Part shown: piece after piece, positions 37,701-50,100 of the stretch | Numbering within the stretch: the first letter of the stretch is position 1 | Layout: each line of letters opens with the position of its first letter | Assembly: GCA_965645245.1 (NCBI GenBank) | Contig: OZ287072.1 | Location: 2,666,001 to 2,730,000, forward strand | Direction: 5' to 3' | DNA: 64,000 nt | Source: Massalongia carnosa | Taxonomy: Eukaryota | Position numbers and translations under genes: made by a program | Notes under the pieces: model-generated | Database searches by the model: none | Seen by the model: the letters and a program-made list of their open reading frames with translations, nothing else | Told to the model about the DNA's origin: nothing

Positions 37701-38779
37701 GTGATGGAGTTCAAGGCTCTATAATCTACGCAGAATCTTAGGCCACCCCCTGGTTTCCTAACTAGAAGAACGGGGGCTGCTGCGCTTGAAGAGCTAGGAC
37801 GGATGAAACCTTTTTCCAGATGTTCATCGATGTATTTTTTAACTGCTTCCAGTTCTTGTTCTGACATGGGCTTGTAGTTCCTCACGTACGGAGCCTCTTT
37901 TCCTGCTTCGAGGATTATCTGGTGATCCTCCTTTCGATGTTCGGGCAGTTCGTCTGCCTTGTGCTTCATGAAGACATCTATTACGCTGTGATAAGCTGCT
38001 GGGACTCTCTTCAACAACTCCTCTCGGGTGTATTCCGGTTTTCCCTTCATGAACTTGTCGTAATCTCCCGATGTCACTGCTCCGGTGATAGTTGCGCATA
38101 AGGCCTTCTTTGTTTCTCGAGGAACCCATAGGTAACCCTCGTGATCCTTCTTTCTGACCATTCGAAAGAAGTGTTTTGCGTTGACTGGGAGAACTTCGAT
38201 ATCTTCTTTAGGCTCGGTCCTATTCTTAACCCTGCCTCCCACAGCGAATTCGGTGCAACTTATCCCTCGTGTAAGACATCCCTTTTCGAGGCAATCAGAT
38301 GAGTTGAACTTCATCGTTCTCTCTTTCCAATTGATCATTGGGTTGTGCGTTTGCAGCCATCCATCCCCTAGAATGACTGCGTACGCTTCTAGTTTTGCTA
38401 AATAACATAAGACTTGCTCTTCGTGATCTCCAATTTTCACGTCGATCAAGGCGGTCTTCGAGAGGAGCTGTACTACCTCTCCATTTCCCAAAGTAAGTTT
38501 CACCTTCTTATCCAGTTTGAAGGTGTTCAATTTGTGTTTACGCACAAAGGATTCGTCAATGAGTTCAGCTTCACTTCCATTATCGATCAGTAAACGGGTT
38601 TTAATTCCAGCTATGCTAGTTTTAAAAACTAAATGCTTGCCCTCGATTTTCTTTTCAGTATCGCGGACAGCACAAGTAGAGACCCTAATCATCTTCATTT
38701 CAGTGTCACTGTTCTCACTAACAACCTCCTTATTTGTACGCCCTTGATCGCGATTTTGATCAAGGACTAGACTTTTCCC
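34766..38779 (-). CDS. Gypsy D pol (PR-RT-RH-IN-chromo-like), expressed by -1 frameshift
   Basis: LIDNG, YLDD, TDSS, integrase and WEVLEIVD chromo-like tail. The frame is open from the slippery site GGGAAAA (38779-38773). Confidence 0.95.
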   Translation of the reverse strand, partial: GKSLVLDQNRDQGRTNKEVVSENSDTEMKMIRVSTCAVRDTEKKIEGKHLVFKTSIAGIKTRLLIDNGSEAELIDESFVRKHKLNTFKLDKKVKLTLGNGEVVQLLSKTALIDVKIGDHEEQVLCYLAKLEAYAVILGDGWLQTHNPMINWKERTMKFNSSDCLEKGCLTRGISCTEFAVGGRVKNRTEPKEDIEVLPVNAKHFFRMVRKKDHEGYLWVPRETKKALCATITGAVTSGDYDKFMKGKPEYTREELLKRVPAAYHSVIDVFMKHKADELPEHRKEDHQIILEAGKEAPYVRNYKPMSEQELEAVKKYIDEHLEKGFIRPSSSSAAAPVLLVRKPGGGLRFCVDYRALNSITIKNRYPIPLINETLGKLSQAKKFTKLDVISAFNRMRMKEGHEWLTAFNTRYGQFEYLVMPFGLCNAPGTFQSFINDTVREYLDVFCTAYLDDVLIYSENEEEHSEQVLIVLTRLKEKGLQVDIDKCEFSVTKVKYLGLIVTTEGIKMDPEKIEAILKWETPGSVKDVQAFLGFANFYRRFISRFSQRTRPLTELTKGEQITTKSGKKRTKYNSFVWSEDCQKAFEDLKNAFTTAPALAHYDPALETWVETDSSDFVSAGVLSQMHDGVLKPVAYFSKKMTPAECNYMIYDKELLAIVKSFEVWRPEVASAAPDKPVKVYTDHKNLEHFMTTKQLNRRQARWAEFLSEFNFKIMYRPGKQGEKPDTLTRRSQDLPKGFEDIREQHQFQTLLQEHQLDDDIRKALAVVFCANTIDDDNDNDQDDRSVATEEDATESEEPNAEHTPVTDVTESSITKTLEELIEEAYEKDETVQDIIAAKKKELRKLPLNLIKRGIKLAMGDLKLENDKLYVKGRLYVPDHESLQLHLLQKHHEPPLQGHPGYKSMYQIMRENYFWFDMKEHCKRYAVNCSVCRRSKAYNDKKQGLLNPLPIPNRKWMDVSLDFVEFLPECRRRNRVYQHILVIVDRLTKRRLYEPLTSLSTDELMDAMSRRLFSSYGFPISTVNDRGSQLTAHLWKRVCERYGVRIKFSSAHHPETDGQTENANKVMKNYLRAYVSYTQDNWVDYLSDAEFAANNHVNVSTGMTPFFADHGFHPRCGIEPPGTYEGKGRAEILHADKIIERQEAMRTWLRDQLAWAQEEQTRHANKGRQPHPEYKVGDMVYVNAKHFAFERPSRSLSFKNAGPWKIIRIIDNKAYELEIPDQLKNVDLTSIFHPWKLHLAPSNPFPGQVLPPGPPIAIVENDEEEAHEEWEVLEIVDCRETRKFGVQYKATFVGNWDEWNANPYWQSWTDFKNSKDKILQYHREHPHKPKPPEDLTETG

Positions 38780-40413
38780 GCATCAGATTCCGTTCCTGAA
38801 TCTGTTTCTACAGTTCCCATGGTGCTCAGATTCTTGTCCTTGTATTGAGGACAGATGGTATCGTGTCCTCGATGTCCCGATCCCCTACATGCCCAGCATC
38901 GGCGTTGGCGGGAGAGGGACTCACGATCGTCATCCTTCAGCTTCTTTGGGTTCGGGTCTGGATCGTACCACGTGCCTACCCAACCGGCCGGCTTGACTAT
39001 TGTTGGCGTCAGCTTCGCGTTTGGCCGATCGTCCGATTTTCTGGAGTTGATCTGGTTGGTGGAGGCTGAGACGGACTTTCCACCGGAGGATTGGTTTGAG
39101 GACTGTCCACCGGAGAAGTTGCTTCGTTGGCCGGAGTTATTCGTTGCAGCTGGTTTATCGGGGCGGGGAAAGTGATGTGCCACATCTTTGCGGCGGTCTT
39201 CGATTCTTCGTGCTTCGTCAAGTAGAGGGCGGAAATCGGTAAAGACGGAACCCATAAGAGAGCTGGAGATGCTAGGCTTTAACGTCACGAGGAACTTTTC
39301 AATTCGCTCGTCAACGGGAGTTTTGGCTTTCTGCCATAGCTTGAAGATTCGGTGGTAATACTCGCTGACGCTTTCGCCCCCTTTCATGGTGACGGTGAGG
39401 AGTTCTTTCTTGGCGTCGCGGCTCTGGAGGTGGATGCCCATGTAGTGTTCTATCTCTTCGAACAAAGCATCGGCCGATAGTGAGTCTCCCATATCCGCTA
39501 CCCAAGAATGCATAGCCCCGAAGATCGGCGCTTCCATTTGAGACAGCGCGTAACCGACCTTTTCACTCTCGTCGGCGTAGAGGGGTGCGTCTGTCTTCAG
39601 TTTGTTGCGGACGGAGTACGCCCAAGGGCTATACTCCTCCGAGTCTTCACCTTTTAGTGGCTTGCTAGGGTTTATACCACGAGGTCGCCAATTCTGAGGA
39701 TTGTAGTTAGTGCTTGAGGTAGCAACGGTGTCTTCCCGTTGCTGACGTGGTGTTTCCTGTGTTTCCGCAAACTGGCGGATCAAGGAGTCTCTGTCTTTCT
39801 GTAATCTCTCTTTTGCTAGAGTCGTTGTCTCCAATTCGATATCTCTATGCGAGAGTTCTTCTTGCGCGAGAAGGGCCTCTCGTTCGGCATCATCCTTTTC
39901 TGCGATGAGACGTTCATTTACTTGCTTGTAACGTCTGTTGATCTTTTTTGCTTCGGCAAGCTTCTCCTGATCGTTCTGCATAGAGATGTATTTTTCGAAT
40001 AGGGTCTTATCGTATTCGAGCGCTCTCGCGAGAAAATCGTACCATCGGGGTCCTTCTTTCTCATCTCGCAAGATGCTCTGCAATTCTTTCAAGTTGTGTG
40101 CCACGACGAGAGACGGATGCTCCGCTGCATCCTGTTCGTAGTATAGGTGGTTGGAGACGTCTATTGTTTGGAAAATTTCCTTTTCTTTTCCGCGCCCTGC
40201 TCTTGAGGTTTTTTCCCACGTCCCCTCCGTGGTTTCTCTCATTTGCTTGTTCTGCAGTAGCTCGGAGTCTTCGAACGTTCCTGGCATACTGCTATCCGAA
40301 CGACACGAATGGCGGGAGGCGGAACGAGCGCGGGTGTTAAATGCTGGACCAGTCTGAGCCTCCGTGGGAGGGGCTCCGACTTTTCTTGCTGTCATGGGCG
40401 TTTTTGAGCTCAT
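38767..40413 (-). CDS. Gypsy D gag
   Basis: 548-aa ORF with a coiled coil, retrotransposon gag core (ESVSEYY) and CWACRGSGH knuckle. Confidence 0.9.
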   Translation of the reverse strand: MSSKTPMTARKVGAPPTEAQTGPAFNTRARSASRHSCRSDSSMPGTFEDSELLQNKQMRETTEGTWEKTSRAGRGKEKEIFQTIDVSNHLYYEQDAAEHPSLVVAHNLKELQSILRDEKEGPRWYDFLARALEYDKTLFEKYISMQNDQEKLAEAKKINRRYKQVNERLIAEKDDAEREALLAQEELSHRDIELETTTLAKERLQKDRDSLIRQFAETQETPRQQREDTVATSSTNYNPQNWRPRGINPSKPLKGEDSEEYSPWAYSVRNKLKTDAPLYADESEKVGYALSQMEAPIFGAMHSWVADMGDSLSADALFEEIEHYMGIHLQSRDAKKELLTVTMKGGESVSEYYHRIFKLWQKAKTPVDERIEKFLVTLKPSISSSLMGSVFTDFRPLLDEARRIEDRRKDVAHHFPRPDKPAATNNSGQRSNFSGGQSSNQSSGGKSVSASTNQINSRKSDDRPNAKLTPTIVKPAGWVGTWYDPDPNPKKLKDDDRESLSRQRRCWACRGSGHRGHDTICPQYKDKNLSTMGTVETDSGTESDAGKV

Positions 40414-43281
40414 GACTGGATACTGGAAGTGGGAAAGCTTGATTCCCTGGCTCTGAAAATTCTGGAAGTTCTGGAATTTGGATCGGTTTGGATTCGCACA
40501 AACGATCAGTCTGGAAGGTTACTGGAACGGGTCTTCACCCTAACTGGAAGGAAGTTGCTGGAACGGGACCTCGTCCCTACTGGAAGTTCTGGAAGAAAGA
40601 ATACTGATAGGTAGGTAGATAAATTGTGTAAGGTAGCTGTCGTCGATTCTTTTCAACCGCTATTAAACTAAAATTTATCTACAAAGAAAGAAAAGAATTA
40701 TTGTGCGCGACTCGCTAGAAATATCTGCGTCGAGTGTCGCGCTAGCCTCGCGCGATCCCGTGATCCCTCTTTCTATCTCGGCTGGCGCTAAGCCTAACCG
40801 GTTACCTCGAACACCTCTAAGGTCAACCTTCTATCTCTATGTCAGGCTAGGACCCTGACACTTGTTCAATAGAGTCCCTTCGCCTAGTACGTCGCAGTTC
40901 AGTTTCTCTAGCCTCAGCTGCCTCGCGACCAGTGTAGGCACGTCGACGACTCCCTCCTTTCTTATACATGAGGTTTTCTTTGGGCCGAATTTCGTCAGGG
41001 AATGTGGTGGGGATGAGAGGTCTTATCAGCTCCTTCTTTTGCCATTTCTTATTGAACTTTTCAACGATGTGAGCATGCTCGCGAGCGTACTCCTCCCTTC
41101 GATGAGAATCTTCTATTGATTGATGCAGGTCAATAGATTGATATGCCACAGAATGTAGCAAATCAAGGCCCCCGCGGCGAAATCTACCTTCACTCAACAC
41201 GCCTTCTTCGAGCTCGACCTCATCCTTATCCGCCTCAATCTTTCCCGTCCCTTCGACCTCATCGACGATCTTTTCGACCTCGGGCTCCGAGCCGCGAGCG
41301 AGATCGAAGGTCATTTGCCAAGAGACCGTATAAGGTGGGCCATCAAAACACCAGCGGAGGTGGATGAGGGAAACGGGAATAGGGACCGAGTCGATGATGC
41401 ATTTATACAACTAGCATTTGCATGGGATACCGTACCTTAAAGGCAACTCACAATCATAAACACAGCTTCCACCATCAGGGACAATAGAAAGGATTCGTTC
41501 AGCTAATGCTTTGGCGGCATCGAGTTCTCTTGAAACGAGGCTAATGGCATGATGCGTAATTTTCCCAATGAGTAACGTAAAAGCATTTCTATCGATCAAT
41601 CTAGGATTGCGTATTCGCTGTTGATTGCACAAAATCTCCTGATCTAATTGTTTTTTCCGCACCTCATCACATATTTTCTGCACCGATTGTCTTATAGGAG
41701 TATTTCTATTGGTCACATTTTTAACCAATGAATGTAGACCTTCTGAACGCTGTGTGCTGTGTGCGCCTAAATTAGGGAGTTTAGTAGTATATGCATGCAC
41801 GAATTGAATTTCTTGACGTTGATAGAAATTCATGAGATAATCCTGCGAAAGAGGTAGCGTTCGCAGTAGCCCTAACTCGCTTGAAATTTAATTTGATATA
41901 TCACTACTAACCTTTTCTGCGGGATGAAGTTCATTCAGCAACTTTCATCGTCTCTCATCCAAATCATCAATAGTGAGGGATTTTATATAATCCCAAATCA
42001 GAGTCTCCAGCTTTTTGCGCACTTCTTGGGGATATTTTCCTGCCTTGGTCAGTCGTTTTTTTATTGCCTCGGCCGCATGCCACGTGCACAGCTGCAAAAC
42101 GCATCTCTCCTCGCCCGCTTTCATCGTTGATTGGTTTAGATTTTCGGCGACCTCTCTTGCAATGGTTAATGCAGCATCGAGATCAATTGCCGGAGCTTTA
42201 GCTTTTCTTTGCATGGCTACAGTCAACCCAGCTGCAAAATCCCCGAGAATCACCCCAGGCCCGGGGCAATCATCATGAAAAATCAACTCTTTCATACATT
42301 CGAAAATAAAAGTGAAACATTCGGCCGATTCAGAAGTTATATAGCAATAAGCGACGGGAAACGAAAGGTCGGTGTTAGTGATTCCAACCAAAACGGATAA
42401 AGGCAAGTTCAATTTATTAGTATTGAACGTTGCATCAGTTTCTAGTAAAAACCTACCCACGAAACGTCAAGCCAGCCTAATTTGCTCTGCATTGCAAAAA
42501 AAAATTGTTCTATCACCCGTCTCTCACGCTCATTATTCTTAACAATATATTTTTCCTTACACCGTACATGAAAGCCTCTGTCTTTCAACGAGCCTAAGGC
42601 AAAAAGAAGCTCTTCTTCAGGCGTGTGAGCTCCCTCCGAATGAGCGAGTTTATAATAATAGAAGGAGTCCTTGGATTCCTAATATTCTCGCTGCTTGGTC
42701 ATATTGGGTTGACGATGCACGGAGACTCTTCCCTTGATCTAGGGCATCTGTTCGATCAGGGTCCCTACTATGATGTTCTTTGAATGCAAAGGGATTAGTG
42801 GCCATCTCATGATTGTGCTCGGAGTTAGTGACTATTAGTCTCCATGCATTGTCTTTGTTTTTTTGAGACGGAGGCGATAAGGGCACTCATTGAACGAAAC
42901 TTTGGTATTGGCTCGCACCCGGTCTTCCTCCTCTACTTTTCTAGTGTTTCTACTTTTGTGGTGGCGTGTGCAGTCTAATACGATTAAATGGTTTTTCTTA
43001 TCGTGAGTTTCTGTGACCAACGCGAAACCTTGGGTGAAGGCATTGTCTTGAAGACGAGTCTTTGCCTCCTCCCAAGACGAAAATAACTCATTCTCTTGCG
43101 GAGGGAGGAGGTGAGGTGGGGGTAGAAGGGCAATGGCATGTTGCTTCCGTGCATCCAAAGAAGTGGGATCGAACTCCATCGCGATGAGGAGTAGTAAAAT
43201 ATATAATATGAGGTATAGCATAAGTGGAAGGGGAGATTTAGGGAGGGCAAAGGGTTAGGACAAGGACAAGGGCAAATGGTA

Positions 43282-43283
<2 letters not shown>

Positions 43284-43321
<38 letters not shown>

Positions 43322-43332
43322 GGGGTGAGGGT
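43284..43332 (+). repeat. (GAGGGT)n hexamer repeat in the M1 subterminal region
   Basis: About 8 tandem units seen directly. Confidence 0.9.
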
Positions 43333-43576
43333 ATGCTTTATCAGACCGAGTAGGGTAATTATAAGTAGCAATAACACGTCATACGATTTAAACCGAAAAG
43401 AGTTTTATGTGCTGTTGGCAGTTGCATTACTAGCTTGTACACACCCTGGATAAGCAGTGAAATGGCTTTTTACTAGCAAAGATTTACACAGGGGGGGGGG
43501 GATGGTCAGGGGGGGACTGTCCCTAAGCACCTCGCTGATAAAGCATACCCTCACCCTCATCCTGCCCTTGCCTATA

Positions 43577-45890
43577 ACGTAAGTCACTGGGCAACGGGAC
43601 AAACTGGGCAACGGGACTAAGTAATTCCGAAATCATCACTTTTTGACCACTCTAGATGATGAAGCCTTCATTACATACATTTTACATACAAATTCAGCTT
43701 CAGACATCACAGTAGATTATATTCATCATTTTGAAACTTTATAATCATGGGTGTAGGTAAAAAAACCACCTCCCACAAGACCTCCATTCCTTCATGTTTT
43801 CACCCCACCTCCACCTATCAACAACGATTACAGTCAGCCTTTTTGGCCTGGAAACAGGCCGATGGAGCTCTTTCCATTACGAAGGCAGCTTTTCTATATG
43901 ATGTTTCAAAGTCTACCCTTCATGCCCGCATTCAGGGTCGTCAATCACGATTTACGTCTGATCAAACTAAACAACTGCTGACCCCCGAGGAGGAAGACGC
44001 TTTGAAGAACTGGGTTTTACAACTGTACGCCTGGGGCTGGCCTACTAAAATAGCTCAGCTACGTCAGATGGCTATAGAATTACTACGAGCAAGGGGGAAT
44101 CATACTGTGCTAGGAGTCAATTGGCAACAGTATTTTTTACATCGTCATCCCGATCTGCAGGCTAAATACAGTCGCACACTAGATCAAGAACGATTATTCG
44201 CTGAGAATGAAGAGATATTTCAGCACTGGTTTGACCTTTTGCTCTCCATGAAAGAAAAGCACGGAATTCTTGATGAAGACATCTACAACATGGACGAAAA
44301 GGGATTCATGATGGGGGTAGCTGCTAATGCTAAAGTAGTAATTTCTAAGCACGAAAAGCAAGCCTTTTCAGCACAGTCAGGTAATCGAGAATGGGTGTCA
44401 TTGATCGAGTCCATTTGTACTACCGGTCGAAGTTTACCTCTTTTCGTCATCTTCAAAGGAGTCAACAAGCAAAAGGCCTGGTACGATGCACTGGAGGACA
44501 TTGATACTGAAATAGCTACCAGCGAAAACGGATAGACAGACAATGAACTAGGTCTTGATTGGTTGAAAAAGTGTTTTGAACCTGCTACTGCAAAATATCT
44601 ACACGGTGAATATCGACTTCTTATAGTAGATGGTCATGCTTCCCATATTTCTACCGAATTCATCTAGTTTTGCAACGAAAAGAAAATCATTCTTTTGTGT
44701 CTACCTCCACATACTACCCATATGTTGCAACCTCTGGACGTGAGTGTTTTTGGGCCCTTATCACGGGAGTACAAAAAACAATTGGAGGTCGTCACCCGAT
44801 TCAACGTCTGTTCAGTGGACAAGGTGGATTTTCTGAAGATCATTCAAAAAGCAAGAAAAGAAGCAATCAACACAAAAAACGTGCTGACTGCATGGAGAGC
44901 AACCGGATTAGTACCATACAATCCGTCATCAGTTCTTCAAAAACTCACTAATAAACAATCGGTGTTGCGAAAGACTGATAGCATCATCACCACCACTACC
45001 ACCACTACTACTACCACCACCACGAATATCACCTCCTCTCATCCTAACACTCCAACAACCCTTCAAAACTCTCACGAAATTGAAAAGACACCTGCAAATA
45101 TCGATCAAATAAATCAACTGATTCGTGGAATTCGAAATGATGAAGAATCAGACTCGACTCCCGTTCGAGCGCTAAAAAAATTGATAAAAGGCGCTAAATA
45201 TGCCTTCGCAGACTCTACCTTGCTACGTATCACCAACAACGAGCTTCTTCAGGCCAATGTACGGCGCCATCATCGAGCCAATCGTAGCGGGGCTCACTAT
45301 GGAGGAAAGGCTCGAGTTCTAAGCCTTGAAGACGTTCAACAAAGACAGCAATGGGCCAAAGATAAACAAAAGGTGAAAGACGAAAAAAAGAAGGCCGCTC
45401 AGCTAAAACGAGCTGAGCAGGACCTTATCAAAACTTTCAGGGAAATGTGTCGATTTGGACCTGATTTACTAGGACAAACGTCTACTGCATCTTCGACGAA
45501 AAGTCCTCAGAAAAGCCCTCAGAAAGCACCTGATAGTTCACAAAGTAAGCCTATTTGTTCTTTTCAAAGACGATTGCTACCTCCTCCCGTGCTTCAACCA
45601 ATGACAGAAGAGGTAGAGGGGGTGGAGGAGGTGAAGGTGAGTGGGGGGGTAGAGGTGGAGGTGGAGGTGGTGGAGGAGGTGAAGAAGGTTCAAACTACCA
45701 GACGGGGTCGTATTGTACGTCAACCACGTGAAATGTGATTAAGTTGCATGCAGACAAAATATCAATTTCACGTCTAATAGACATTGAAGCCGAATTTGTA
45801 TGTAAAACGGGTGAGAGGGAGGCTGTAGAAATTAAGCGAAATTTAGTTAGTCCCGTTGCCCAGTTTGTCCCGTTGCCCAGTGAGTTACGT
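43577..45890 (+). mobile_element. Fot1/pogo (Tc1-mariner) DNA transposon
   Basis: 44-bp TIRs starting ACGT with an internal 17-bp direct repeat. TA TSD (43575-43576 and 45891-45892). Confidence 0.95.
43747..45738 (+). pseudogene. Fot1/pogo transposase with two nonsense codons (44533-44535 and 44665-44667)
   Basis: HTH-psq/CENP-B N-terminus, YNMDEKGF, VDGHASH and LPPHTTHMLQPLDV all in one frame. Confidence 0.93.
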
Positions 45891-47187
45891 TAAGACAATC
45901 GGTGCAGAAAATATATGATGAGGTGCGGAAAAAACAATTAGATCAGGAGATTTTGTGCAATCGACAGCGAATACGCAATCCTAGATTGATAGATAGAAAT
46001 GCTTTTACACTACTCATTAGGAAAATTACGCATCATGCCATTGGCCTCGTTTCAATAGAACTCGATGCCGCCAAATCATTAGCTGAACGAATCCTTTCAA
46101 TTGTCCCTGATGGTGGAAGCTGTGTTTATGATTGTGAGTTGCATTTAAGGTACGGTCTCCCGTGCAAATGCTGGTTGTATAGCATCATCGACTCGGTCCC
46201 TATTCCTGTTTCCCTCATCCACCTCCGCTGGTTTTTTGATGGCCCACCTTATGCGGTCTCTTGGCAAATGACCTTCGATCTCGCTCGCGGCTCGGAGCCC
46301 GAGGTCGAAAAGATCGTCGATGAGGTCGAAGGGACGGGAAAGATTGAGGCGGATAAGGATGAGGTCGAGCTCGAAGAAGGTGTATTGAGTGAGGATAGAT
46401 TTCGCCGCGGGGGCCTTGATTTGCTACATTCTGTGGCATATCAATCTATTGACCTGCATCAATCAATAGAAGATTCTCATCGAAGGGAGGAGTACGCTCG
46501 CGAGCATGCTCACATCGTTGAAAAGTTCAACAAGAAATGGCAAAAGAAGGAGCTGGTAAGACCTCTCATCCCCACCACATTCCCTGACGAAATTCGGCCC
46601 AAAGAAAACCTCATGTATAAGAAAGGAGGGAGTCGTCGACGTGCCTACACTGGTCGCGAGGCAGCTGAGGCTAGAGAAACTGAACTGCGACGTACTAGGC
46701 GAAGGGACTTTATTGAACAAGGGAGGAGGCTTAGATATAATAGATTGCGTGCTGGGGGCGACGATGGGGTTGAAGGTGAAACAGAAGATAAAACTCACGA
46801 TGTTGCAAATAATGAATGATAAATTCACGTGTAGGTATAATAGCATGATTGTCATTGAAGGTGATTCTCTATGTGGGCTACTTGTCTGCTTTTCTGAGGC
46901 TTTTTGCCCTGATGATCAGTTGAGATGATTTACGTCTTGACCAGATGAGGTGAAATGAATGGCATTGATCTATAGATGATTTTCTAGCTAGGTATGCCGC
47001 CAGGGGATAGATCAAGAGATGTCCCCGAAGGAAGAAAGAATGTGGGGGATGAAGAATTTTTACCTTTGCCGCGGTGGCAATGTCATGTGACGGGCATGTG
47101 ACGGGCCCGTTGACCAATGTTGGTTAATGCCAGTATAGCTGACATTTGACACACCCCCTTGATGAAGATCATCTGCAATGATCTTTA

Positions 47188-50100
47188 TCATCCTTCTTTT
47201 ATATCTTCATGATGTTGCCCGTTCAGGCCTAGTAATTTGACAAATGAAGCATGCCTTTGAGGCGGCAATGCCTTCGTCAATCTATCTGCCAGAATTGTGG
47301 CAGTGGGCACCCATTGAATTTTGATTCGATCCTTTGCAATTTCTTGGCGGAGCCAATGTTTATGGATGTCGACATGGCGAAGCTTGGTCACCAGTTTATT
47401 TTCCGTCAGTGCCCTGATTGTCTGCCGATTGTCGCATTGAATGTTTGGCATCATCTGCAAATCTAGATTTATCTCTTGAAAAAGACGCGTCCACCAGATG
47501 AGCTCCTTTCCTGCCGATGAGATGGCGAGCAATTCCGCTTCCGTACTGCTAGTGGTGACCGTCTTCTGCTTTGACGCCTTCCAATCTATCATTCCACTAA
47601 ATAGCTTGAATCCGTATCCCTGGGAGCTATATCTGGTCGCGGGGTCATCGGCAAATGAGGCGTCGCTGCTTGCTAAAAAGATGGTTTGGTCAGAAGAAGA
47701 ATGGTCAGAGTTTCCGAAAAAATCAGAAGAGTTAAACCAAATGGTCAATGTTTTGGAATGCCCTAAATATTTCAGGGTCCGAATGGCAGCTTCCGAATGG
47801 CATTTAGATGGGTTGGTTAGAAATTCCGACAGTTTGGAAGCTGCAAATGCGACGTCCGGGCGGGTTATTACTGCGGCGAAATTGATGGATCCAACTATTT
47901 GCTGGTAGGCATAGATTTCCTGATTTGTAGCCTGACCAGAATTTCTGACCAATTGCATTCCTGATCCGTATGGTAAAGGTGTCGCCGGTCCCTTATTTTC
48001 TAGATTAATGCTGACATTGAATTTTGAAATTATCTTTTCAATGTAGGACTGCTGAGACAGCCATAAAAGTCCGGTTTCGCGTTTCCTAGAGATCTGAATT
48101 CCTAGGAACCATTCTAATTCTCCTAAATGTCGCATTTCAAAACGGTCAAATAGCTGCGTCTGAAAAACGTCAGCTTGATTGGTCCAACGACGATCGTATA
48201 GAAGAACGATGTCATCTACGAAGAAGAAAAGAAGCAAATGCTTGTCCCGACTGATGAAGAGACAATCTGCTCCTGGTATCGGCTCAAAATTCATTCCGAT
48301 TAGTGCTTCCAATAAAAGACGATACCATAAGGCTGGAGATTGTTTTAGTCCATACAGAGCCCTTTGTAGAAGCAGCAAAATGCCGCTATCTTTTGGCCAT
48401 CCCTCAGGTGGCTTACAATAGATGGGCTCATCTATAGGACTATTGGCAAATGCATTTATGGCGTCATACTGTCGCGTCTCCAAATCGAATGTTGCTACAA
48501 TTGCCATTAATGCTCGGAAAATGCGAGCTGCTAAAGTGGCGGCGTAGGTGTCTTGGTCAGTCTTCTGAAAATCACCCCTAGCCACTAAGCGAGCTTTGTA
48601 TTTGGTCAAATATCCCTCTTCGTCGAATTTATATTTGAAAATCCACATAGTAGGAATGATGACATTATCTTTCGAAATAACCTCATTTGTAGGAATTTCC
48701 TTCCAAGTGCCCTTTGCTTCCAAAGCTTTTATTTCCGTTTTGATTGCTTCCTGAAATCCGGCGGAATGAGAATGTTTCAGCATTTGACCGAAATGCTTTG
48801 GTTCCGCAGGTAGGGAATCTCTATGTAGGCGATGCTGAGAAAATTTAGTAAAGAATGATGATTTTGCAAATGCTGCAAATGAGGAATGAAAGGAGATAAC
48901 TTCTCCATTTTCGGCATCTTTCAAGGCAGCGAAATAAGCCTGTTTTCTGCCTTTTCTTTCCCGTCTCACCCCCTCAGGCAAGATATTTGCCTGGTCCAAT
49001 TCTAGACCAATCACTTTCTTCTCTTTTTGAGATAGTTTAGGGTCAGGTGGCGGGGTTGCTTCAGATGGTAAGGGAGATGGCAAATACTCGAATGTTTTGC
49101 CTTTTGCTGAGTCATGTGATGCGGAGTCATTTGCGGAGTCATTTGGTGAAACGGGAAGACCTTCTCCCAGCAGGCATTCACTACTGGAAGATGGGATCCA
49201 CAGGGGCTACACAACGTGATGGTCACAATAGAGGTACAAATAGGTTGGGTCGGGTCAAAGGGTAGACTAAATGCTACCCTTTTAAAGTGCTTGATCATTG
49301 ATCTATATAGGATAGGACAATCCATAACCTAAGCTCTTCTTCCATACCTTGCCCATACTACCTGGTATTTTCGGACTCCGAAATACTTCGGACACCGAAA
49401 GACACGGGTAGATAAGACTAGGCAGGTGAGCTAGGGGAGGTGAGGCGAGGCGAGGGGATACTTCGTGTACTACGAAAACACCTCCATAATAAGTTAAGTC
49501 CCCACACTATGCCTAACTGGGTTAGGCGGGACCTTATTGTCTTGGTGGTTGTTTTGGCTGTACGTATCCCACATAGCCACATAGGCCAGTCTTACGTTCA
49601 ACGAACGCATACTAGGCCTACCCTATTACATTTGGGGAATTGCCAGATGCTGGCATTTGCCCTTTTTCTATAGATTGCTGGTTTTGCTCCGCATGCAGAT
49701 TTATCGCATCTTCTAAATCTGATTCCACCTCGGTAATTCGCGCCAAATCAGTAAGAAGATTCGGAATTTCAAACGTCTCTGGTAATGGCAGCATTGGCTC
49801 GGAAATTGCCTGCATGACATCTATGTCATGAGGATCGTATCTAGTGCTGTCATCGAAAATAACGTCTCTAGTCCGAATTACCTTCCGCTGAGATGGTATC
49901 CAAATGCGAAAAATGTTGCGAGCATCATAACCAACCAAATATCCGATGTGAGCTCTTTCTTTCAACTTTTCCTTCTTCGAAATTTGCTTATTTAAGGCAT
50001 AAGCTTTGCAGCCATAAACATGTAAATGTGCTAAGTTTGGACGGGTCTTGTGGACCATCTGGTATGGCGTTTTCCATTGATGTTTTCCCATAGGAGTCCG

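Larger units (their letters stand above)
34473..40860 (-). mobile_element. Ty3/Gypsy element D, apparently intact
   Basis: 234-bp LTRs at 34473-34706 and 40627-40860, identical by eye. TG...CA ends, TSD CTTGT, PPT agaaggggggga. Confidence 0.96.
33696..43534 (-). mobile_element. Mutator-like (MULE) element M1 with a decayed transposase, interrupted by Gypsy D
   Basis: Long TIRs starting cgag(a/g)tgcttagggacagtcccc. FAR1-like CTRH...CPY...HNH, ETDATFNTN, LCTWH and STQRSEG motifs. Intron 41843-41911. Frameshifts present. Confidence 0.9.

Noticed and set aside
43284..43332. Telomere-like repeat
   Set aside because: The unit is GAGGGT rather than TTAGGG, and it recurs as part of the MULE subterminal region at 43546-43558.
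44984..45023. Poly-Thr (ACC/ACT)n tract as a separate feature
   Set aside because: It is a simple microsatellite in the low-complexity linker of the Fot1 transposase.
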